From a virus (Duplodnaviria > Heunggongvirae > Uroviricota > Caudoviricetes): a DNA stretch of 31,179 nt. Positions 1-8,785 of this stretch are shown piece by piece (position 1 is the stretch's first letter; every line of letters starts with the position of its first letter). Below the pieces are notes generated by a model, which had not been told where the DNA came from, made no database searches, and saw only the letters and a list, made by a program, of their open reading frames with translations. The position numbers were made by a program, and so were the translations under genes. The DNA lies in the IMG/VR virus record IMGVR_UViG_2579779052_000007. One strand, written 5' to 3'.

Positions 1-260
1 GCATCCAACGCCATTCATGGCCATATCAATGATTTTCTGGTGCGTACCGGGTTGAGAAGCGGTGTAAGTGAACTGCAGTTGCCATGTTTTACGGCAGTGA
101 GAGCAGAGATAGCGCTGATGTCCGGCAGTGCTTTTGCCGTTACGCACCACCCCGTCAGTAGCTGAACAGGAGGGACAGCTGATAGAAACAGAAGCCACTG
201 GAGCACCTCAAAAACACCATCATACACTAAATCAGTAAGTTGGCAGCATCACCTGGTGAG

Positions 261-680
261 CTATGATGCGTTTTGTGCTTTCTTTTTACGGATTTCTTCG
301 TAGATCATATTGTAATACTGTTTTTTCTCTTCAAGAGTTTTTAATAATTTATCCGCTTCACTTTCTGGCAGTTCGTCTAAGAGATCTAAAAAAATACGTT
401 GTCGTGGCGTTAGAACCCTTGTTTCATAACTGGAGGCTGTGTTCGTTGATGATGAAACGATACCATCCATCCATCCCCGGGGTAACCCAAAGGACTCTTC
501 GATAATCTCCACCATATCATCAGCGATCCGTTTTTTTCCCTTTTTCCCCTCTGGGTACAACATTCTTGATACATAAGAAGGCTCGCGCCCGATCTTTCTG
601 GCCACGTTAACCGCTTTACCATCGCATTTCTCATCACGAATTTTGATGAGTTGCTGTCGTCTAAATTCATATTTGTCCAT
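261..680 (-). CDS. Phage repressor-like HTH DNA-binding protein (CI/RacR/DicA-like)
   Basis: 139-aa ORF with an N-terminal HTH-like segment (KAVNVARKIGREPSYVSRM); divergent from a Cro-like gene across an operator-bearing intergenic region. Confidence 0.6.
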   Translation of the reverse strand: MDKYEFRRQQLIKIRDEKCDGKAVNVARKIGREPSYVSRMLYPEGKKGKKRIADDMVEIIEESFGLPRGWMDGIVSSSTNTASSYETRVLTPRQRIFLDLLDELPESEADKLLKTLEEKKQYYNMIYEEIRKKKAQNAS

Positions 681-716
681 AGGTAAATAATAGATGCGAT
701 TACCGCAAGGTAAACA

Positions 717-756
717 ACCTGTGGGTATTGACTTTTGTTTACCTGTGGGTATTCTT
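717..756 (+). promoter_or_regulatory. Operator/promoter region between repressor and cro-like gene
   Basis: Two direct copies of ACCTGTGGGTAT (717-728 and 741-752); -35-like TTGACT at 728-733 and -10-like TATTCT at 750-755 with a 16-nt spacer; AAGGAG RBS precedes the ATG at 781. Confidence 0.4.
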
Positions 757-780
757 TGCTGTGTTTACTAAGGAGTAGCT

Positions 781-1062
781 ATGGAAGAATTAAGAATATT
801 TCTCAATTCTCTTTCGTCAGATGAACAGCGTATGTTTGCATGCGAGTGTGGTACCAGCATCGGTTATCTAAGAAAGGCATTGAGTAAAGGTCAAGTGTTA
901 GGGGCATCGTTATGTGTCCTTATTGAGCGAGCCAGTAATGGTGAAGTTACACGTCAGCAACTAAGGCCTTTTGATTGGATGAATATTTGGCCCGAGCTGG
1001 AAGATACCAAAACGTTAACACAACCACTTTCTAGGAGCTTGATTCATGAAAATCAAGCATGA
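781..1062 (+). CDS. Cro-like / YdaS-family HTH regulator
   Basis: 93-aa ORF divergent from the repressor gene, with an AAGGAG RBS; position and size match the Cro/YdaS slot of Rac-type immunity regions. Confidence 0.6.
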   Translation: MEELRIFLNSLSSDEQRMFACECGTSIGYLRKALSKGQVLGASLCVLIERASNGEVTRQQLRPFDWMNIWPELEDTKTLTQPLSRSLIHENQA

Positions 1063-1471
1063 ACACATCCGCATGGCGATGAATGCCTGGGCGCGTCCTG
1101 ATGGCGAAAAAGTTCCAGCAGCTGGAATAACCCAGGCTTATTTTGAGTTGGGTATGACGTTCCCGGAACTGTATGACGACAGCCATCCGGAAGCCCTGGC
1201 TCGCAATACCCAGAAAATTTTCCGCTGGGTAGAGAAAGACACCCCTGATGCTGTTGAAAAAATGCAGGCTCTGTTACCGGCGATCGAAAAGGCGATGCCG
1301 CCTTTGCTGGTGGCCCGTATGCGCAGCCACAGTTCTGAATATTACCGTGAGATCGTCGAACGGAGGGATCGGCTGGTGAAGGATGTCGATGATTTTGTTG
1401 CGTCAGCGGTTGTTTTGTATGACCAGATGAATCGCGGCGGCCCGGCAGGGAATGCTGTGGTGATGCACTAA
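1046..1471 (+). CDS. YdaT-like protein (CII functional analogue family)
   Basis: 141-aa ORF immediately downstream of and overlapping the Cro-like gene; AGGAG RBS; synteny with racR-ydaS-ydaT. Confidence 0.5.
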   Translation: MKIKHEHIRMAMNAWARPDGEKVPAAGITQAYFELGMTFPELYDDSHPEALARNTQKIFRWVEKDTPDAVEKMQALLPAIEKAMPPLLVARMRSHSSEYYREIVERRDRLVKDVDDFVASAVVLYDQMNRGGPAGNAVVMH

Positions 1472-1493
1472 AAGCACGGTGTTCGGGGGTTTT

Positions 1494-2456
1494 ATGAGCA
1501 GCAAGCTTCATGGTCTTGTCTGGGAAGGGTGCGCCTTCACCGGCATGATCTTATCCAGGGTGGCGGTTATGGCCCGTCTTGCAGACTACAGCAATGACGA
1601 GGGCGTGTCATGGCCTGCCATTGAAACTATCCGGCGTCAGATCGGTGCAAGAAGTGAATCCACAGTGAAATCGGCTATTGCAGAACTGGCGAAAGAGGGC
1701 TGGCTGACGAAGGAAGAGCGTAAGGTCGGTGGGCGTAATGTAAGCAATATCTATCGGCTTAATGTGGAAAAACTCGAAGCAGCTGCGGCGGCGGCGCGTG
1801 AGTCATATAAACCGAAAAGAAAAATTAGCCCGGCAAAAAATGACCCGTTAACAGTTGACCCGTCAAATATTGACCCCTCAACGGTTGACCCGTCAAATTT
1901 TGATGGATCAACTGTTGATAAAAAACTGCCGATTAGGGGGGCGATGATTGACCCCGATCCGTCAGTATTAAAACCTGATCCGTCAGATAAAAGATCTTCT
2001 TGTCCGGACGCTTCGCAACCGGACCCGCAGACGGCTGAACAGGATTTTTTAACCCGACACCCTGACGCGGTTGTGTTCAGTGCGAAAAAACGCCAGTGGG
2101 GAAGTCAGGAAGATTTGGTGTGCGCACAGTGGATCTGGGGACGAATCGTGAGTCTTTACGAGCAGGCGGCCAGCTATGATGGCGAGATCACTAGACCGAA
2201 AGAACCCAACTGGACAGCATGGGCCAATGACGTTCGCACAATGCGGATGCTGGATGGCAGAACTCACAGACAAATTTGTGAAATGTTTGGGCGTCTCCAG
2301 CGGGATTCGTTCTGGGTAAAAAACATCATGAGTCCGGCAAAACTCCGGGAAAAATGGGATGAACTGGTTATCCGCCTGGGGCGTTCGCCTGCGCAGCGTT
2401 GCGTGAATCACATTTCTGAACCGGACACTGAAATACCGCCGGGATTCAGGGGGTGA
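1494..2456 (+). CDS. Replication initiator, lambda O-like (HTH N-terminus, iterons inside the gene)
   Basis: ATG at 1494 preferred over the in-frame GTG at 1479; N-terminal winged-helix-like region; tandem iterons embedded at 1840-1915; followed by a DnaC-like gene. Confidence 0.7.
   Translation: MSSKLHGLVWEGCAFTGMILSRVAVMARLADYSNDEGVSWPAIETIRRQIGARSESTVKSAIAELAKEGWLTKEERKVGGRNVSNIYRLNVEKLEAAAAAARESYKPKRKISPAKNDPLTVDPSNIDPSTVDPSNFDGSTVDKKLPIRGAMIDPDPSVLKPDPSDKRSSCPDASQPDPQTAEQDFLTRHPDAVVFSAKKRQWGSQEDLVCAQWIWGRIVSLYEQAASYDGEITRPKEPNWTAWANDVRTMRMLDGRTHRQICEMFGRLQRDSFWVKNIMSPAKLREKWDELVIRLGRSPAQRCVNHISEPDTEIPPGFRG
1840..1915 (+). repeat. Origin iterons: about five tandem 15-bp repeats built on palindromic TTGACCCGTCAA
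   Basis: TGACCCGTTAACAG / TTGACCCGTCAAATA / TTGACCCCTCAACGG / TTGACCCGTCAAATT / TTGATGGATCAACTG in register; further TGATCCGTCAG repeats and an A-rich stretch follow to about 1995. Confidence 0.6.
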
Positions 2457-2462
2457 CGTGTC

Positions 2463-3209
2463 ATGAAAAACATTGCGGCAGTTGGGGTTCTTGAACGTAT
2501 TCGCAGACTTGCACCACAGGGGTCGGTTCCACCGTACCGGACGGTGGAGGAGTGGCGGGAATGGCAACTTGCTGAAGGACGAAAACGCAGCGAGGAGATT
2601 AACCGCCAGAATCGCCAGTTGCGGGTGGAAAAAATCCTGAATCGTTCGGGCATCCAGCCTCTGCACAGCAAATGCTCGTTTGCAAATTATCAGGTGCAGA
2701 ACGACGGGCAAAAATACGCGCTGAGCCAGGCCAAATCCATAGCTGACGAACTGATGACCGGGTGCACGAATTTTGTGTTCAGCGGTAAAACCGGCACCGG
2801 GAAAAATCACCTTGCAGCGGCGATGGGCAACCGGCTGATGGTGAAGGGGCGCAGCGTGATTATCGTCACCGTGTCTGACGTCATGAGCGTGTTGCATGAC
2901 AGCTACGACAACGGCAAATCCGGGGAAAAATTTTTACAGGAGCTTTGCGGGGTTGATTTGCTGGTCCTGGATGAAATAGGCGTTCAGCGGGAGACGAAAA
3001 ACGAGCAGGTGGTATTGCACCAGATAATTGATCGCCGGACAGCATCACTGTGCAGTGTCGGGATGTTAACAAACCTGAATCATGCCGCAATGAGTACGCT
3101 TCTTGGTGAGAGGATTATGGACCGCATGACCATGAACGGTGGTCGATGGGTGACGTTTAACTGGGATAGCTGGCGTCCAAATGTCAGCAATATGAGGGTT
3201 GTGAAGTAA
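2463..3209 (+). CDS. DnaC-like replicative helicase loader (IstB-like AAA+ ATPase; lambda P analogue)
   Basis: Walker A GKTGTGKNHLAAA and Walker B LLVLDEIG motifs; start codon 7 nt after the O-like stop; GGGGGTGA RBS. Confidence 0.8.
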   Translation: MKNIAAVGVLERIRRLAPQGSVPPYRTVEEWREWQLAEGRKRSEEINRQNRQLRVEKILNRSGIQPLHSKCSFANYQVQNDGQKYALSQAKSIADELMTGCTNFVFSGKTGTGKNHLAAAMGNRLMVKGRSVIIVTVSDVMSVLHDSYDNGKSGEKFLQELCGVDLLVLDEIGVQRETKNEQVVLHQIIDRRTASLCSVGMLTNLNHAAMSTLLGERIMDRMTMNGGRWVTFNWDSWRPNVSNMRVVK

Positions 3210-3230
3210 TTTTGTCCGGAGGAAATTTTA

Positions 3231-4001
3231 ATGGAAACCGTATCTGACGCACTGAAAGCACTGAAAAAAGCCTCTTCACATGTGGTGGCAGCTCGCCTTG
3301 GAATCAGTCGTGAAGAGGCTGTCAACGAGCTGTGGGAACTCAAAAGAAAAGGCGTCGTTGATAAAACTGGTCACACCTGGTTTCTGGCTGGCGAAGGTGA
3401 ATCCCGGGTAACCGAAGAGCGGCCAGTAAAATCTGAAGCACAGGATATGCTGACCGGGGAGGTCGAACAAAAAGTTACCGCAGACATGATGATTGAGTTT
3501 ATCGGTCAGGATGGGGCTAAAACGTGTGAGGAACTGGCGGGGAAGTTCGGTGTCAGTACTCGCAAGGTTGCTTCCACGCTGGCGGTGGTAACCGCAACGG
3601 GGCGGCTGGCACGCGTTAATCAGAACGGTAAATTTCGTTACTGCATGCCGGGCGATAATTTACCAGCAGAGCCGAAAGCCGCGCTGGTAACGGAAAGTGA
3701 TGGTAAGGCCTTTCCTCAGCCAGCAGGTGCTGCGTTACCAGTCCGGGAAGCCGCAACACAGGAAGAAATTAAAACAGAAACTGTGGCGGACATTGTGCAG
3801 CCGTTGCCATCGTTTACCGAAACGCAAGCAGATGAGCTGATTTTTCCGTCCCTTCGCAGGGCAAACCTGGCGCTGCGCAGGGCGAAAAGTGATGTTCAGA
3901 AGTGGGAGCGAGTCTGCGCCGCGCTGCGGGAGCTGAACAAGCACCGGGATATTGTTCGACAGATTACTGATTCTTCCCGCCGTGTTGTATCGGAAAAGTG
4001 A
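3231..4001 (+). CDS. Hypothetical phage protein
   Basis: 256-aa ORF with a GGAGG RBS in the early operon; no motif recognised. Confidence 0.4.
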   Translation: METVSDALKALKKASSHVVAARLGISREEAVNELWELKRKGVVDKTGHTWFLAGEGESRVTEERPVKSEAQDMLTGEVEQKVTADMMIEFIGQDGAKTCEELAGKFGVSTRKVASTLAVVTATGRLARVNQNGKFRYCMPGDNLPAEPKAALVTESDGKAFPQPAGAALPVREAATQEEIKTETVADIVQPLPSFTETQADELIFPSLRRANLALRRAKSDVQKWERVCAALRELNKHRDIVRQITDSSRRVVSEK

Positions 4002-4016
4002 TTGCCGGAGGCGCTT

Positions 4017-4442
4017 ATGGCAAAAGTATTTACACAAGAAGAGCGGGAAAAAATTAAAGGGCAGGTTGTTGAACTTGTACGTCTGAGCGGTCGCGAGACG
4101 TTGCGGCAACTGGAAGCCAGGACAGGTGCGACAAGATATCTGATGAGTGTTCTCGCCAGAGAGCTGGTTGCCAGTGGCGATGTATACAACTCTGGTTACG
4201 GGTTATTCCCGTCTGAACAGGCGCGTAAGGACTGGCAAAATGCTCGCAAAAAACTCTCAAGGGCAAAGGTGAAGAAACCTGCAGTGGTTGATCCGGACCT
4301 TATCTGGTCGTTACCAGACGGCGAAATACGCCGCTACGACAGGCGCCTGAATATAATCTGTCGCGAGTGCCGGAAGAGCGAAGCTATGCAGCGTGTACTG
4401 GCATTTTATCAAGGAAATGTTAGGTATTTTAGACGTTACTAG
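4017..4442 (+). CDS. Hypothetical phage protein
   Basis: GGAGG RBS before the ATG at 4017 (the track ORF begins at an upstream TTG at 4002); basic C-terminus. Confidence 0.4.
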   Translation: MAKVFTQEEREKIKGQVVELVRLSGRETLRQLEARTGATRYLMSVLARELVASGDVYNSGYGLFPSEQARKDWQNARKKLSRAKVKKPAVVDPDLIWSLPDGEIRRYDRRLNIICRECRKSEAMQRVLAFYQGNVRYFRRY

Positions 4443-4595
4443 ATTAAAGAGCATTAGTTCAGATGTGAATTGACATTTTCATGGCGCAGGGTAGAGCCAG
4501 CGTGGTTGTCCGCTTTGCGTCAAAACCAGATATTACCAGATTTAGACATATATTCCCGATAGACCTGCTCTGATGCTACACTCTGTGCTATTTTC

Positions 4596-5282
4596 ATGAC
4601 CCCAATAAAAATATTTATGACTATTGCTGATTTCAAACGGCCTAAATTGGAGCTCCCAAACGGGGCAAACAAACTACTACTGCACTCTTGCTGTGCTCCA
4701 TGTTCCGGTGAAGTGATGGAGGCGCTTCAGGCCTCGGGAATCGACTACACCATCTTTTTCTACAACCCGAACATTCATCCTCAGAAAGAGTATTTAATTC
4801 GTAAGGATGAAAATATTCGCTTTGCTGAACAACACGGCGTGCCGTTTATCGATGCTGATTACGACACCGACAACTGGTTTGAACGTGCCAAAGGAATGGA
4901 ATGGGAGCCTGAGAGGGGGATCCGTTGTACCATGTGTTTTGACATGCGTTTTGAGCGGACAGCGTTGTACGCTGCTGAAAATGGTTTCAGTGTGATCAGC
5001 AGTTCACTGGGCATTTCACGCTGGAAAAATATGCAGCAGGTTAACGAGTGTGGGCGGCGAGCTGTTGCGCATTATCCGGGTATGGTGTACTGGGATTATA
5101 ACTGGCGCAAGCAGGGCGGCTCGTCCCGTATGATTGAAATCAGCAAGCGCGAAAAATTCTATCAGCAGGAATATTGTGGCTGTGTGTATTCTCTGCGCGA
5201 TACCAATCTACACCGCAAATCTCAGGGACGCCCTCTTATCAAAATTGGCCAACTCCACTACGGAAAAGAAGAGAAGGAGTGA
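4596..5282 (+). CDS. queH: Epoxyqueuosine reductase QueH-like protein (DUF208 family)
   Basis: N-terminal [11 protein letters not shown] and C-terminal EYCGCVYS cysteine motifs as remembered for QueH; about 228 aa; stand-alone gene with its own upstream intergenic region. Confidence 0.6.
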   Translation: MTPIKIFMTIADFKRPKLELPNGANKLLLHSCCAPCSGEVMEALQASGIDYTIFFYNPNIHPQKEYLIRKDENIRFAEQHGVPFIDADYDTDNWFERAKGMEWEPERGIRCTMCFDMRFERTALYAAENGFSVISSSLGISRWKNMQQVNECGRRAVAHYPGMVYWDYNWRKQGGSSRMIEISKREKFYQQEYCGCVYSLRDTNLHRKSQGRPLIKIGQLHYGKEEKE

Positions 5283-5519
5283 TTTTATGGATCACCTTTC
5301 TGATTGATTTCATATTGGCGAGGTGACGTGAGTTAAGTAGAATGGCTGCGGGTGCTTGAGGCTATCTGTCTCAGGCATGAACACTGAAAGGCAGATAGAG
5401 AAAAGCCCCAGTTAACATTTCGCGTCCTGCAAGACGCTTAACATTAATCTGAGGCCCAATCTATGTCTCACAAATGTAGGTTAGCCTCTTACGTGCCGAA
5501 AGGCAAGGGGAAGCAGGCT

Positions 5520-5675
5520 ATGAAGCAGCAAAAGGCGATGTTAATCGCCCTGATCGTCATCTGTTTAACCGTCATAGTGACGGCACTGGTAACGAGGAAA
5601 GACCTCTGCGAGGTACGACTCCGAACCGGCCAGACGGAGGTCGCTGTCTTCACAGCTTACGAACCTGAGGAGTAA
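5520..5675 (+). CDS. hokD: Hok/Gef-family type I toxin (HokD/RelF-like)
   Basis: 51-aa translation MKQQKAMLIALIVICLTVIVTALVTRKDLCEVRLRTGQTEVAVFTAYEPEE matches the Hok/Gef signature; an in-frame upstream start at 5463 gives a mok-like leader ORF. Confidence 0.75.
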   Translation: MKQQKAMLIALIVICLTVIVTALVTRKDLCEVRLRTGQTEVAVFTAYEPEE

Positions 5676-5743
5676 GAGACCTGGCGGGGGAGAAATCCCT
5701 CGCCACCTCTGATGTGTCAGGCATCCTCAACGCACCCGCACTT

Positions 5744-5771
5744 AACCCGCTTCGGCGGGTTTTGTTTTTTT
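5744..5771 (+). terminator. Rho-independent terminator after the hok gene
   Basis: AACCCGC-TTCG-GCGGGTT hairpin followed by a T-rich run. Confidence 0.6.
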
Positions 5772-5842
5772 CTGGCATTCTGGTTTACAATTCGCACGTC
5801 AGCCTGAACACCTGACACCTGCTGCGCCAGCAGAGAAAACAG

Positions 5843-6115
5843 ATGGCGCACAAAACCAAATTTCACAATTCTGATACCGACCTTGCCATCCGGCATGGGC
5901 GGCGTTCACACGCATTTAAAACCGACTGGTACCAACACCCACCATGTACTGAAGAACAGGCCGAATGGCTAATTCATAACTACCGCAGACGCGGATACGA
6001 GATTAAGAAAGCCCTCAGCCTCGATTATCGTCACTGGATAATCTCCGTCAGGCTTCCTTACTCTGAACGCCCACCGCGTCCGTCCCGCACATTCCAGCAA
6101 CGCATCTGGAGGTAA
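5843..6115 (+). CDS. Hypothetical small protein (in the position of rem in Qin)
   Basis: 90-aa ORF whose stop is 1 nt before the next gene's GTG; its 3' end supplies a GGAGG RBS. Confidence 0.35.
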   Translation: MAHKTKFHNSDTDLAIRHGRRSHAFKTDWYQHPPCTEEQAEWLIHNYRRRGYEIKKALSLDYRHWIISVRLPYSERPPRPSRTFQQRIWR

Positions 6116-6116
6116 C

Positions 6117-7172
6117 GTGCGGGTATTACTTCGACCTGTTCTGGTACCGGAACTCGGGCTGGTGATCGTTAAGCCGGGCCGTGAATCCATGCCGGTATTC
6201 CACAATACCCGGGTACTGGTGGAGCCGGAACCGAAAAGCATGCGTAATCTGCCGTCCGGGGTCGTTCCTGCCGTTCGCCAGCCGCTGGCGGAGGATAAAT
6301 CATTACTGCCATTTTTCAGCGACGAACGAGTGATTCGTGCTGCTGGTGGCGCTGGCGCATTGTCTGACTGGTTACTGCGCCATGTTAAATCCTGCCAGTG
6401 GCCACACGGCGATTATCACCACAGTGAAACCGTCATTCACCGTTATGGTACCGGCGCAATGGTGTTGTGCTGGCACTGCGACAACCAGCTGCGCGACCAG
6501 ACCTCCGAATCACTCGGGCAACTTGCTCACCAAAACCTGTCTGCATGGATGATTGACGTCATACGCCATGCAATGAATGGCTCGCAGGAACGGGAATTAT
6601 CGCTGGCTGAATTATCCTGGTGGGCGGTCCGCAATCAGGTGGCGGACGCGCTACCGGAAGCGGTATTACGTCGTTCGCTGGGGTTGCGTGCGGAAAAAAT
6701 CCGCTCAATGTACCGTGAAAGCGACATCGTACCGGGAGAGCAGACCGCCACCAGCATACTGAAGCAGCGCACAAAAAATCTTGCGCCGCTGCCTCACGCC
6801 CACCAGCAAACCCCGCCACAGGAAAAGACGGTGGTCAGCATTGCCGTTGATCCGGAGTCACCGGCTCAGTATCTCCAGCGCCAGAAATCACAACGGGAAG
6901 AGATGCCTGTATACACGCGTTGGGTAAAAACGCAGAAATGCATGACGTGTGGCAATCAGGCAGATGATCCGCATCACATCATTGGTCATGGACTGGGAGG
7001 GATGGGAACAAAGGCTGATGATTTGTTTGTTATTCCGCTGTGCCGTAAATGCCATAGCGAACTACACGCCGGGGTAAAAGATTTTGAAGAAAAACACGGC
7101 AGCCAGCTGTTGTTGCTGATTCGTTTTTTAATGCACGCGAGAAATTCGGGTGTTCTGAAGTGGAAAGCATAA
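6117..7172 (+). CDS. DUF968 (YdfU-like) nin-region protein with a C-terminal Cys/His cluster
   Basis: 351-aa ORF with GTG start; C-terminal CMTCGN...HHIIGH...CRKCHSELH; synteny hok-rem-ydfU-rusA-Q as in Qin. Confidence 0.5.
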   Translation: MRVLLRPVLVPELGLVIVKPGRESMPVFHNTRVLVEPEPKSMRNLPSGVVPAVRQPLAEDKSLLPFFSDERVIRAAGGAGALSDWLLRHVKSCQWPHGDYHHSETVIHRYGTGAMVLCWHCDNQLRDQTSESLGQLAHQNLSAWMIDVIRHAMNGSQERELSLAELSWWAVRNQVADALPEAVLRRSLGLRAEKIRSMYRESDIVPGEQTATSILKQRTKNLAPLPHAHQQTPPQEKTVVSIAVDPESPAQYLQRQKSQREEMPVYTRWVKTQKCMTCGNQADDPHHIIGHGLGGMGTKADDLFVIPLCRKCHSELHAGVKDFEEKHGSQLLLLIRFLMHARNSGVLKWKA

Positions 7173-7538
7173 ATGACTGAACGCATAGAATTTGTTTTGC
7201 CTTACCCGCCAACGGTGAACACTTACTGGCGACGTCGTGGCAGCACATATTTTGTATCAAAAGTCGGTGAGCGTTATCGCCGTGATGTGGCGCTTATTGT
7301 TCGCCAGCAGCAACTGAAATTAAACCTGTCCGGAAGGCCGGCAATAGAAATTATTGCAGAGCCACCGGATAAGCGTCGTCGTGACCTGGACAATATCCTG
7401 AAGGCACCACTGGATGTACTGACGCATGCGGGGCTGCTCATAGACGACGAGCAGTTTGATGAAATTAATATTGTGCGCGGTCAGCTTGTTCCTGGTGGGC
7501 GGTTGGGGATAAAAATCACAGAACTGGAGTACGCATGA
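7173..7538 (+). CDS. rusA: Holliday junction resolvase RusA
   Basis: 121 aa with RusA-like motifs (RRRDLDN, catalytic Asp region, GGRL); positioned just before the Q-like gene. Confidence 0.8.
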   Translation: MTERIEFVLPYPPTVNTYWRRRGSTYFVSKVGERYRRDVALIVRQQQLKLNLSGRPAIEIIAEPPDKRRRDLDNILKAPLDVLTHAGLLIDDEQFDEINIVRGQLVPGGRLGIKITELEYA

Positions 7539-8224
7539 ATAACCAGTATTTACAGTTTGTTCGTGAGCAACTCATGATTGCCACCGCCGATTTGAGTGGA
7601 TCAACAAAAGGGCAGCTTGAGGCCTGGCAGGAGAATGCCATGTTTGATACAGGGCGTTACAGGCGTAAAAAAATCCGGTACCGCGATGAAGTGACTGGAA
7701 AAATGATAACGCGGGATAATCCACCAATCCCGGGAAAGCAATCGCTGGCGAAGGGGGTGTCAATTCCTCTCGTCAGTCCGGTTGAGTTTTCGACATCATC
7801 GTGGCGGCGGGCTGTTCTGTCTCTTGAAGAACATCATAAAGCCTGGTTGTTGTGGTGTTACAGCGGGAGTATTTGTTGGGAATATCAGATCGCGATAACG
7901 CAGTGGGTGTGGAATGAATTTAAAACCCGGTACGGCACCAGAAAAATTGCAGGGAAAACGCAGGAGCGCGTGAAGAAGTTGATCTGGCTGGCGGCACAGG
8001 ATGTCAGAGGATGGATTACCGGGTGTGAGGTCTACCAGAGACAGGAGCTTGCCAGACTGTGTGGAGTTAAGCCTGATAACTGGAGCCATAATTATGCGAA
8101 CTACTGGCGTGAGATGTGCGATATTTTTAAGAGTCTCGATAGAGAATCTGTGATTTGCACCGTGAAAATAAGAGCGCAACAAAAAGCGACTTTTTCACGA
8201 CGAGATATTGCAAAAGTCAATTAA
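7535..8224 (+). CDS. Putative late antiterminator Q-like protein
   Basis: 229-aa ORF overlapping the rusA stop (ATGA); position after rusA and before a short terminated leader; not lambda-Q-like by eye, so family unconfirmed. Confidence 0.45.
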   Translation: MNNQYLQFVREQLMIATADLSGSTKGQLEAWQENAMFDTGRYRRKKIRYRDEVTGKMITRDNPPIPGKQSLAKGVSIPLVSPVEFSTSSWRRAVLSLEEHHKAWLLWCYSGSICWEYQIAITQWVWNEFKTRYGTRKIAGKTQERVKKLIWLAAQDVRGWITGCEVYQRQELARLCGVKPDNWSHNYANYWREMCDIFKSLDRESVICTVKIRAQQKATFSRRDIAKVN

Positions 8225-8292
8225 ATAGCGTACGTTTCGTATAAATCTGATATTTTGCCGATTTTGTACGCGATGGCAAAGTAAGAAAAAAA

Positions 8293-8315
8293 CTGCCGTC
8301 AGGCGGTTTTTTTTT
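8293..8315 (+). terminator. Rho-independent terminator about 70 nt after Q (tR'-like)
   Basis: CTGCC-GTCA-GGCGG hairpin followed by T9. Confidence 0.45.
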
Positions 8316-8437
8316 ATGCCCAAAATCGCGTCAGTACAGTAAACACGCTGGTGGTTGCGAATACGGGTCTTTCAGCTTGCTGGCTTTTTCGACAAGAGTT
8401 ATTGGTATGTCACGTTAACCGGAAAAAGGAAAAAGAC

Positions 8438-8635
8438 ATGCTAAAACAGCAGGATATGACAGAAACCGCCAGAGTGGTGTTTAATGAATTAAGCGTTACC
8501 GAACCGGCGACAGTCGGGGAGATAGCGCAGAATACTTACCTTTCACGCGAACGCTGCCAGTTAATACTGACCCAGCTGGTTATGGCGGGTCTGGCAGACT
8601 ATCAGTTCGGTTGTTACAGACGCCTTCAGTCCTGA
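8438..8635 (+). CDS. Hypothetical small protein
   Basis: 65-aa ORF from an internal ATG of the track ORF 8351-8635; followed by a hairpin plus T-run at about 8620-8648. Confidence 0.3.
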   Translation: MLKQQDMTETARVVFNELSVTEPATVGEIAQNTYLSRERCQLILTQLVMAGLADYQFGCYRRLQS

Positions 8636-8785
8636 AGGCTTTTTTATTTGTGGTAAATGGGCGGCTGGTGGGTGTTAGGGGCACCCACCAGCCATCTGCT
8701 CATGCGTTGGGTTCACAAGCAAACCTCAGGCCCACTGCTTTGCGCAAAAGCAGAATGAGCCTATCAGAGACAGGCTTAATGATCC

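Noticed and set aside
15-227. 70-aa minus-strand ORF at the left edge, downstream of the repressor gene
   Set aside because: No RBS or motif recognised; could be a small phage gene or non-coding. Evidence is insufficient to call it.
2049-2897. 282-aa minus-strand ORF overlapping the O-like and DnaC-like genes
   Set aside because: Fully antisense to two well-supported genes with RBSs and motifs; no RBS or recognisable motif of its own. Treated as a spurious antisense ORF.
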